From: Phallusia mammillata
Lineage: Eukaryota
Reading direction: 5' to 3'
DNA length: 64,000 nucleotides
NCBI GenBank assembly: GCA_965637545.1
Contig: OZ281495.1
Span: forward strand, 13,764,001 to 13,828,000
In this document: positions 50,401-62,400 of the stretch, piece after piece
Position numbering within the stretch: the first letter of the stretch is position 1
Layout of the letters: each line of letters starts with the position of its first letter
Translations under genes and position numbers: made by a program
The notes under the pieces: generated by a model
Databases searched by the model: none
Seen by the model: only the letters and a program-made list of their open reading frames with translations
Told to the model about the DNA's origin: nothing

Positions 50401-53400
50401 CAACACCGGTTTACGTTCTTTCGATGGTAACGCAAGGTGCTGGTCTGGGCAGCAACGAATTTGTTACCGACTATCGTGTTCAGTATCAGCTTGACGACGA
50501 TAGTTGGATTCCTGCTATTTCTGAAGACATGAGACCGTTCTTTAGCGGCAACACAGATGATAGCAGCGAAGTGGAGCGCCGCTTGTCTCGACCTTTGCTC
50601 CTGAAGTCATTGCGCATTCTTCCCATGAAATGGAACGATATGGTACCAGCTCTTCGATTTGAGCTTCGCGGCTGCTTTACGCGATCTGAAGAAACCACTA
50701 CCGTCGTGACAGAGACCTCAACAGAGGTTGTTACGACGACGAAGACACCAGTGTCAAGCAGCGAGTCTCCCGAAACAACCACAAGCCCTGCAGTTACGGA
50801 AAGTACAACCACCACTGGAGCTGTTGTTGGAACTACGTCTTCTGTTCCAGTCGAAATTACAACCACTAAGCTTGTGGAACCAACCACGACCACTGTAATG
50901 ATCACAACCAGTGTTACCGGTGGCGAAACGACAACAAGCAGTCAGACAACTACTTCTGGTGAACCGATATCTACCAGTTCTTCTATGATGTCCTCAACCA
51001 CCATGCCAGTATCATCATCCACAACATCTGGTTCACCTGAAACAACCAGTACCGCGGCAGCAACCACGTCTGGACCTGGCCAAGAAACCACCACCTCCAC
51101 ACCATTCGTGTCCACAAGTCCTTCTGGAGAGACAAGCAGCACTGTAATGGTAACAACTTCAACACAAGGGTTGGACACCACGACAACTGGCAATGTTGTC
51201 ACCACCACTATGGCCTCAAGCACCACAGAGGAGGTGATTCAAACTACTACCTCGCCGGCATTAGTTACCACCACCACTTCTGTTGTCAGCACCACCGAAG
51301 TTGTTTCACCAAGTAAGCACACGTTACATAGATATTTTGAAACAAAAGTAGGTTGATTGATTTTGTAATTACCTTTTTTGGCTTTCAATTTACCATGAAT
51401 AGGTTGTTTGTTATTACGATTTTGTGCATCCTTAAAAACTCAATGATCAGTCGTGAACTTCAAAACTCGTTTCTAGAACTTTGTGACGAGAAAATGGGAA
51501 TGGAAAATCGAGACATTCCTGATTCGGCGATTACTGCATCGTCTAACAAACCTGACAGCGAGTCCTTCAAGGCAAGAGTTGTAACCCAAGAGGTCGAACA
51601 ACCGGAATCATGGTCACCGCTAGATGATGACAAAGAGCCTTATATGGAGATCCGATTCCCAGTCCCAGTAGTTATCACATCCATTCTTACACAGGGTGGA
51701 GAAAATGGAGAATTCGTTTCAGAATACATAGTTAGAACGTCACCCAATGGTGTAGACGAGCCACGTGACCTGACTGAGGACGGTGATGCAACTAGGGTAA
51801 GTAAAACAGAGAAACGCTTTTAGAGGACATTTGTTTCAAACGCTACGGAAACTATGTTGGTATATAACTTGTACTTTTTTATTGCGCAAAATAACTTAGG
51901 TTTTATTAAAAAACGTGCTATACTGTACGTTTAGAGTCAAATTACAAAGAAACACAAAGCATAAGTAACGTAGCTTAGGAAAAACGTAGTTTAGGAACCT
52001 CGTAAAATCGTTTATTTGACAATTGTTGTCAATATATTTGAATGTAGATTTTCCCAGCCAACGTTGATGATAGCGCAGTTGTTGAAAACTTCCTTGGCGA
52101 AGAACTTGCAGTCCAAGTAATTCAAATCCTACCAAAACGCGCCGAGTCACAACCAGTAAGTCTACGAGTGGAATTGCGCGGTTGCCCGTCCGAGTCTACC
52201 ACAACCACTTCGGGCGCACAAGAAACCACGACCAGTGGACCAATTGTAGTTGAAACCACCACCGAAAAAGTAGTACAAACCACTTCGCCGGTTACTGAAA
52301 CAGAAGAAATCACAACCACCACTTCGCCAGGATCGATAACCACTACAACCAGTGGTGTAGAAATAACAACCACTGAGACTGTTACCACCACACCAATAAC
52401 TGGGGAGACCAGCACGACATCTGGTTCTCCTATATCAACCAGTTCGACACCAGGTGAACAGACCACGGTTGTTACCACTTCGAAAGTAAGTGAAACTACT
52501 ACGACCAAGGTGATGAGTACTGAGGGAACCACTGAAGGTTATCTGAAGTGTGAAGACTCAAAGTATTTGCTCACTCAGTTTGTAGGTAAGGGTGTGTTGA
52601 TTTTCAAACTAACTAATATGTATTTTCGTTTGTTTTTGCCCCTTCTTTTGTCGTATCATATTTTTACCACATAACCGAAGTAAACACCAGTGGCAAAAAC
52701 AACCGTACATTGGGTTTCTGAAATAAACCCCCCCAAAATGGAATGGATAAACAACCAGCAATGTCCAATATATTTTCATTTATAAACCACTGTTATGTGG
52801 AACTTGAGTTAAAGGGCCTCTTTTTTAATACCATGCTTTACATAAATTGTATTTAAAATGTCTGGCCCATTGAATAAACATATACCCATTTCAGATTACA
52901 GACTTAGATGTTCGATCACTAAACTACCTTGCCTGCAGGGTTACCTGTTCCTGGCTCACGCTATGTTGCATCCAGCAACTCTGAATTAGCTCACAACGCC
53001 AAGGTTGATATCAGCGCCGCCAACATCGGAATCCAAGGCAGATCCGCGTCGTTGAACGCTTGGTCACCGACACTTGAGGACGCCGACAAATCTTATTTGC
53101 AAGTCGATTTTGACGTCCCGGTAACAGTGATGGAAGTTCTCACACAGGGCAGTGTCGGTGAGGAGAAATGGACGACCACCTACTTTATATCGTACACCAC
53201 TGACAAACCAGGCGTTGATAGAACTTGGCAGAGAGTACCTGATGAGGAATCGTCTTTGCCAAAGGTTAGTTTGGAACGTTGCCTGAATAATATTGACGAT
53301 TGAGTGATGTAGTTGGCGCAAACTAAAACGTTTTGTTTTTGCGTCTGCTTCATCAAATATGGTGTTTTATAGTTGGGCTAGCCAAATATTTGCACCTTTA

Positions 53401-56400
53401 TAGGTAAGTGTATACCTATAAAATACTAACCCTGATAGGTTAAATTACAAAATTGCAATAAACATAAATATAAATTAGGTATTTGAAGCCAACGTAGATG
53501 ATGTCGGTGCTGTTGTGTCTCAACTTCCCGACCTACTTGAAGAAGTCACCGCTGTGAGAGTAATTCCCCGCACATGGAATGGAGGAGAAACTCCATCTTT
53601 GCGAATTGACATTATTGGTTGTGCTGGCCCGGCTCCTGCAACAACCACCACTGTGAAGACTGTTACCACGACAACGAGCGGTGAAGTAGTCACTACATCA
53701 TCTAATCCAGTTTCTTCTACTACAGAAGTACGTGTCACCAAAATAGATAAAAGCAATAACCCTCACTTTTGATTTACTAATAATATTTCTTGGTCTGGCA
53801 TGCATTTTTTGTTTATTGTAGCATAACATTTCATCGAACAACTGTTGTAATCTTTTATTTAGGGTCCTGCATCTACCACACCTGTCGTAGAGGTGACAAC
53901 CACCAAGGAAATCGCACCAACTACTACAAAAGTTGAAACTGTTACAACCACCATTTCATCATCAAGCGCACCATCCACCACTGAGAAATCGGTTGCTGTG
54001 ACAACCACTCCTGGTGTTCCAGCAACAACCAGCTCCGTCGTGACGACTACGAAATTACCAGTTGAAACTACCACAACAGCACATGGCGGTGAAACAACCA
54101 CAAGTGGCGCAGCAACCACATCTGGTGCGGCAGAAACCACCACGAGTGGTGTTTCACTTGGCACAACTACCAGCGGACCAGTGGTAACGACAACAAAATC
54201 TGTTTCTTCATCCACACCAGTCACCACATCTGAAATGGTCACCACCAGCTCGTCAATTGGTGTTGAAAGTACAACCGTAGTAACAACCAGCAAATCTTCT
54301 GAAATAACCACCACCCCACCAGGTAAACATAAAGTAGCTTTGTGAAACAACAAAAGTTTAATTTCATTTTTGTACCAGGTGTGTGTGATGAACCAATGGG
54401 AATGCAGAGTTACGATATTCCGAATGAGGCGATCACGGCCTCCTCTGAAAAGGAAAACAGCCCTGCAAGCGATGCAAGAGTATCAGAAATCATGGACGAA
54501 ACTTCATCATTTGCACCAGTGGGATCTTGGTCACCTCTCGATACTGACGAATCTCCCTATCTGGAAGTGCGTTTTGAAAAGCCAGTCCAAATCACTTCAA
54601 TACTCACTCAAGGCGGTAAAAACGGAGAATTTGTAAGCGAGTACAAAGTTGAGTCATCCCCCAGCGACAACCAACCATTCGAGTTTGTTGTCACGTCCGT
54701 TGAGATTGAGGACGAAACCGGGGCAGTGACAGAAAAGTTGGTGCCAGCAGTGTTTGAAGGTAACGATGATGACCAGACGATCCGCGAGAACGTCCTGGAG
54801 GAGCCTTCAGTGGTTAAGATAATTCGCATTATCCCTCTTCGAAAGACATCAGAAGAACCCATCAGTCTGAGAGTCGAGTTCCGTGGCTGTGTTCTGGAAG
54901 AAACCACTACCACCACTCCATTCCTGGTTGAAACATCCACGGAAGAAGTAGTGACAACATCCCCGTTGGTCAGCAGTGAAACCACTACCACTTCTGGTGG
55001 CGTGGTTAGCACTACTGGTTCAATAACCGGTACAACTACAACAGGATCTGGTCCCGTTGGTACAACCACATCTGGTACGGTCGTTGAAACTACCACCACG
55101 CAAGTAACAACAACTACGCCTCTTAGCTCCGAGTCGACCACCAAATCTTCTGTTGTTACAACTACTAAGACTGTCGAAGTTTCAACCACCACTGAAGGTA
55201 TAACATGCAAACAATTACTGCTCACAATTAACCGTGAAAAAATGGCCATCTTTTGATCAGTTTTGTTGATTTGATCAAAAAATCTATTAAGTCACTTAAT
55301 AAATAATGTTGTTTACCAAAGAGTAGGAAGTGTATAGTGTCTTAGTTGAATCTTGCCATTTTTTTCATGCAGTATACATCAAATTGCCATTTTGTAGGTG
55401 TTTGCAACAAGGAGATGGGTGTGCAAGTTGCTCCTGAAAACCAAATCGGTCGACCAGTGGTGTCGGTATCGAGCAACACTGACCTCGCAGAAAATGCAAG
55501 ACTCAACCCTGACGCAGAAGTGGGCGATTCCTGGTTGCCGCTGGATAGCGACAATAATCCATTCGTACAGGTTGACTTCGAAACTTCGGTCACTATCACA
55601 GGTAAATTTGGTTTCATGCAATGTTATGATTGCATTATTGGCAAATTGTTCTGTTTGAACAAGTGTATAAAAGGTAATGTTATTTATATTTTTTTTCCAT
55701 GTGCTTTAATTTTGAGTTTTGGTATTTGTATTGGGTTTATTCATTACCAATGCAGATAATTCACAATCAAAATATGTTTTCCCACAAACAATAAAAATTG
55801 ATTCACTTGGCGCATGACGTCGCGTGTTCCCATTTTTTTAGAATTGCTCTAACTTTTGACAACTCCTCTTTTTTAGGTGTGCTGATCCAAGGTGGTGTGA
55901 CACCCAGTGGCGAGGAAGCCTTTGTGACGTCTTTCACTGTTGCATACACACCAGACGAGGAGGGAGACACTCGGCAGTGGTACCCAGTTGACGAAACTCC
56001 ATTTATTACTAACACCGATGCTTCAGTAGTGACTGCCATCGATTTGCCTCAATCTGTTGTTGCAAAGGTACATTGCTCTCTGATTTAAACTTGACGGGGC
56101 GCAGTAAATTTCTAACCTCTACTTGCAACTGTGTTAAATTCGTTTGACCTATTGGTTTAATCATTTCAAAAATGCCGTTAGATTTCATTTAGTCTATAAG
56201 GATCCAATGAGTTTCAAAATCTTGACAGAAACTAGTATTTTGTGTCACTAGGATGTACTTTACGTTTTGCAACATTGTTTTGTTGTTGCTCAAAAAAGGA
56301 AACAAATCATTTAAGAGAATCATTTTCAGTTTTCCATTTTTACTATTTTGTTCAGGCAATCCGAGTTCATCCACAAACCTGGATCACTGCACCAGCCATA

Positions 56401-59400
56401 CGTATTGAATTGGTTGGTTGTTATTCGGAACCATCCACGACTACAGTGGTGAAAACTACAACTGAAAAATCGTCAGTTACGACAACCGAGAAATTGCCAT
56501 CAAGCAGCACTACCACGTCATCGTCAAACCCAGCTACTAGCAGTATGATATACTTTACAACCTGTTTAATAACATCATTTTCAGAATAGTTTAGTATTGT
56601 GTTTTTTTTTGCCGGTAAGAAAACCAATAAACAATTGGATATGCATCGAAAACACCATAGTTTAATTTGGCATCTAGGAAAATAGCGCAAAATCCAAAGC
56701 GTTTCAATGCAAAGTATCCGCCTGCCTTTAGGCGCCTACAAAATCTAATATTCCTACTATGGTTGGCCCGTCTTTATGTCTATTTAACTTTATCTGCAGC
56801 TGCCAGCACTTCCACTGGTGTCATGACTACCACAACTCGTGTCTTCCCAACTTCATCCGTCGTAACCACGACAACCAAACAGGGCGAAGTGACGACCACC
56901 ACTAGCGGCAGCAGCGAAACAACGACCAGTTCACCAGCGACCACATCTGCACCAGTTTCTTCCAGCAGTGCTGTCTCTACCACAACTACCCTTACCTCTG
57001 AAAGCTCAACTACTGGTTTTGTGCAATCAAGCGTAACATCTACGTCATCGCCCATCGGCGTAACGACCACTACGCCATTCGCTGAAACTACCACAGGAGG
57101 CGAGGTGTCAAGCAGTACCACAAAGGTAGTGACAACCACTGTGTTCCCGGTTAAGACAACCACTGAAGTTGTCGTCGTATCAACCACTGCTCCTGCTAGC
57201 GAAACCACTGTTTCGTCAAGCACTACCAAGAGCGCACCAGTTACTGAGAGTACCCCAACCAATTGTGAGGTAAGTGTTGGTGTTTTATCACTTTGTATGT
57301 AATTTTGACACATACCAATGATGTTTTATTTAATTATGTTCAAAGTGTAGCGTTACATGTGAATTATGGTTTACTTGATTATGTGTAATGTAGAGTTTCG
57401 TATTTTCAGATTTCGTGTGACAGTACTTGCATTGAAAACTTGGTGATGGTGCGTGAGGGAACAGATGGTTGCTGTTCATGTCAACCTGTTTCATCTACCA
57501 TGAAAACGACAACCATCTCTGTACAAACCACCACCAGGTATGTCCAAACTTTCCCTTCATTGCAGAAGTCAGCAAACTTTTTCACCCAACCTAGGCCGTA
57601 TTTTATATGCCGACATGTTTGGTCATGTAAATTTCTGACAACTTGAATTAGTCAGACATAGGGCTGTAAACTAAGTGCATCTATATCTGGTAGTAGTAAA
57701 TAGTACCTGGATTGTGTTGTTTGTGTCGAACCTACATAATGAATAGTTTCTGACTAACCTTGTGTTCAACGACCACCGTTTGGTGGAAATAAACAATTTA
57801 ACTAACATGTTTAAAAAATGCCGTTATAGTGGGTTCTAGAAATTTAGTAGAAATTTATAAACTTTTTTACCGCCGTATATTTGAAGTAATGTTAAAAACT
57901 AAACACTGTATATTTGTAGCATGTGTGTGGAGCCATTTGTCTTCTACGAATGCAAGCCTGGTTGTCAAGGTGAATGTCCCCACCTCCAATCGACATGCAC
58001 TGAAAGCACAGAGGAGTGCGTAGCCGGATGCGGTTGTCCCGAAAACACTGTATACGATGGTATGACGTGCGTTGCTCCTGGCAACTGCCCATGTCTGGTT
58101 GGAGACGTTATGTATGAGGTAACAATCTATTGCACTAGTACCAACTGGGTTATTATCTTTTTTCTCACTATTCCAATATATTTTACTTAAATATGTTGGC
58201 ATATTGCTTTTAACATGTAAAGAATTCGATCTTGCCTTAAAATGGTGTTTTTGACAGCCAAATGATGAAATTTCGGATCCAAACAATCCATGTGTTTACT
58301 GCATGTGTTTGAGTGGAAAAGTTTACTGTCATTCTCCAGATTGCAGTGAACCAACCTGCACAGTTGGCCAAGAACTCCAAACCGTAAGTAAATGAGTATG
58401 AACTCAGCAGAACCCTATGTAGATTTTGTATGTGTGCTTTCCTTTATCTGTGTTGCTGTTATTTTTATTGTACTCATAATGGTAGAGCGGTTGTCAGTTT
58501 TGTTTTTCGAAAATCTTATATCTCTTGATGGATGTTGTTGAAATTTGTTTTATAGTTGGAAGGTGAATGCTGCCCAACGTGTGTTGATATGGCTACCACT
58601 CTTCCACCAGTAACTGAAGAAACGACTGAACTTGCTACAACTGAGGAACCAGGACCTGGTAAGCAATTAAAATTTTACAATTAACGTTTTTGCCAAATCG
58701 TTTAAATCTGCTGATGACAAGAATTTTTTACCAATAAAACATACTGTTGAAGTAGATTCTTGTATCTTTGCCAAGCACTCATTGTCTATCAGTGGTTCCC
58801 ATCTCTGTGTAATTACAGACCCTGTTCATTTATTAATTGATCTTGTGCACACCGTAAAAATTTACTGAAAGTTTTTTTCGAAATAATTTGATTTTTAAAA
58901 CTTAGAACACATATATTTAGCCGTGCAATCATGCCACAAACAGTGCGGAGCCCCGAACCCTTAGTTAGAAACCACTAGTACAAACACTTACACTTCCTAA
59001 CACATCCAGCTTGCAATCTGACGTGCTACTGCATATACGGCTGTGATCGTGATGAATCGGGTTGTCCTATTATGTCGGATTGTCCATACAAGTGCAGATG
59101 TAACAAGGGTTCAACAAAAGTCAGAGGAAGATGCGCTTTCCTTGTTCAATCGAGACGTTGCTTACCTGACTGGACGACAGTAGGCACCACTGAAGAAACC
59201 ACAGGTAAAAAAAGATTAAAGCTAGATATTAATACTTGCTGGACGTTTTTTTATGAGTTTAGGATAGTAAATTGTGTCATAGGTGTTTGGATTTGTTAAA
59301 GCGGATGGAATGCTTTTCAGGAAACAAAGCTTAAATCTAAATTCCTTTGCATGCTATTACTTCTAACAAATTTTGTTTAAATATTACACCATTCTATCAT

Positions 59401-62400
59401 AACTTTCTATGGACAACTGTAACATTGGGTAAAGTTTAGTATTTTATGGTTTTAAAACATAATTATAAGGCAATATTCAATAGGGACCATAGTACGCCAG
59501 GCATATTGAAGGTTTTAAACAGAATCAAGCCGGTCTCCCAAGCATTTCCATATGCCAAGGCACAGGCATAGGGATTTAGTAAATTGACTTTCGGCAGATG
59601 TGAGTAAGATATTAGTGCCTTTTAGGTTTATTGACCTGGACGTTTTTAAAGTTGACCAATAAATGAGTTGTGCGAACTTAGTCATACAATACAACACACA
59701 ACAATATAAATTATTTATTAAATAATATTTGCAGCTGTAATAAACGAGACTGCCACGAAACCAACAACTGTTGAACCTGAGCGCACAACTACGATGGTTC
59801 CAATCACTATTCCCCCGAATATTTGCCCTGATGAGTGTAACTGCACATTGGGATGTGGCGACGATGGCGACTGTGACCCACTTTGGGGATGCAGCATTGA
59901 TGTGAGTACTATTTGTTCGTAAGCTAACACCTGACAACGCAACAAATCGACCTTGGTATTATATATACTTTGTGTGGTATTGTAAATTGTTATTGGTTTG
60001 TATTCTTGAGGTTTTAAGCCGTTTAGGTTGTATTTTTTACCAATTTAAATATTGTATGAGATGCTTACAGTTTCTTTAGAACAACCAAACAATTGTTTAA
60101 ACCTAGTTTTTTTCGTAATTTTAACCGTTGATCATGCTATATGCTCTTTAAATACATTTTACCATTCTCCAAACTTTCAGGATTGTTCTTGCGCTGATCC
60201 CAACATGGACAGAGCAAATGGTCGATGTGGTGTTTACCCTGATTGTGAGGAGGAGACCACAACGCCACCACCAACCATTTCAACAACCATCTCATCGGAA
60301 CCATTAACCAGCTCAACCACCGGCGAACCAGTTGTGACCAGCTCTTCGACACCATTGTACAGTTCCTCCGTCGCTACAACCACTGCCCCTCAAGGTAGTT
60401 TAATAGATTGGGTAATTTTATCAATTAGCTTAGTGGCTGTAACAATTAACTAATGTAAAATATTCAGAAAGAAAAAAACAAAACCAAAAAATACTCGAAT
60501 TTTGTTTAACTTTAGCATTGACATCTATTCCAAACAAAACATTATACGCCTTAGTTTGAACAGGTTCATCATCTGGCATACGACTGAACTTTGATTACTT
60601 TTTCAGTGTGTCCTGGGGACAAGGTTTTCCATCCGTGCCCCTGCTCCCTCACATGTACTGACCTGGCGAATGGAGTAACTTGCGCCGAACCGGAGTCATC
60701 AGAATGCACACCAGCATGTGAATGCCCGGAAGGTAGAGTGGAACATAACGGAGAATGCATTCCACCCACAAGTTGCCCGTGTTACTTCATGGGACAGCAA
60801 TACAACGTAAGTTGATTCAAGGAAATTGTAATTTCAATTTAGTATCAGTAACATTCAAAAGTTTGGACCGTTCTAGTTCTGGCTACTTTCTATAAGTTAT
60901 TTATAGCAAAATTGTTTTTCCACAGACCCTTTTTTAGGTGAAGTCTTAGTTCTAATACAACTTAACTTCCAAAGAAGGAACTTTTATTTTAAAACCAAGT
61001 AAACTTACGCTTAGATCATTTGACCTAAATGATTGTTCTCCTTGCAGTTTGGTGACAAGGTGCTTGAGTACAGCGAAATTTTCTGTGACGAGTGTTACTG
61101 CACTGATGAGGGAATTGTTTGCAATAAAGTTTGCAAGTTGTCAGCGGAAACTTGTCAGGAAGCTGGAGGGACGATCGGCTACGATGAATTCGGATGTTGT
61201 AAATGCTCCGGTTCTGGAACTAACGTGGTTACGAGCACCTCGGAGTCAGGTTAGAATTGAAAATAGTCTGTTTACGTTTAATTTTGTGCCCTTAACGATT
61301 TGGTTTCGCGGTCAAATTAGCCTGTTTTACCCACAACTTGACTGGTACAGGAATTAGTGTGGTTCAAATTTATAATTTAAGTGCATTGTTGTGTCATTGC
61401 TTGCTTGTTATAACTGTTGTCAGTCTTTCTAATTTAAAAAAAAATTAATTGCGGTCAAAGTATACCAACGGTCATCTATATGATCAGACTTAAACTGATG
61501 AAATATCGATTTTTACACCCAAAAGATTACATCATTTTTGTATTTGCAAAAGTCAACCCTAGTAAGATGATGTAACCAACCAGTAACTTTTATTTGCATA
61601 AAAAGTCACAACAACTTCCGGTCCTCCATCGTCCTCGGAAGAAACCACTCCTTCATCACCAGCAACCACATCTATGTCGTCACAATCTTCGACTACAACC
61701 AAAGTAGGTCTATAGTTGATCTATCCAAAACATCGTTAGTCCACCTTGAAAAATTGTGACTAAATAAATTACTTTGTTTTAAGATCCCTGCAACAACAAC
61801 ATTATCTATTACCGCCACCACCACACCAATCGGTAAGACCAGCACGTCCATTATTTAAACATAGAATTTTTGTCATGCTGTTTCAAATTCTGGATTTTTT
61901 CACTTTCTACCAACAGTGTGTCAAGCACCTTTGGAGGCAAGCTTCTGTAGTTGCAACCACACTTGCCAAAATCTGGAAAGCACTTGCGACGAGTGTACTT
62001 CAGGATGTTTCTGCCCTGAGGGAATGTTCCAAGACGGAATGGAATGTGTTCCGAAATCCGAGTGTCTATGCGTGTATAACGGAACAAGGTAAAACCGACA
62101 AAACACATGTCAGTCTATAACTCTAACTGCTCTACATTTACGTGGTAGTTTTTTAATCTTGTAAATGATGTTAAAATCCTGAATGTATTTTGAACACTGA
62201 AGACGGAAACTTGAACTAGTCATTGAAATCATTACGTTTTAAAACGAGGCAAAAAAACGTCTTGTAATATGCAACCGATATGTATGTGTGCTCAGCGGTT
62301 TGCAGCGTTGTGCGTTGGGTATTTAACATTTGCTTACATATTTAGTAGCAGTATGTTGCACTTTTTAGATACCCCAGTGGTGGTGTTTGGACTATAGAGT

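Noticed and set aside
52687-52791. cagtgg...ccactg possible mini-MITE
   Set aside because: Inverted match of only about 6 bp and no TSD.
46202-57313. Long Val-rich minus-strand ORFs (e.g. 46202-47023, 48489-49217, 54608-55249, 56780-57313)
   Set aside because: Antisense shadows of Thr-rich (ACN) mucin exons; no independent evidence of coding.
62196-62230. CTGAAGA...GAAA hammerhead-like words (also GAAACGTC near 41290)
   Set aside because: Stems II, III and I cannot be formed convincingly; expected by chance in AT-rich DNA.
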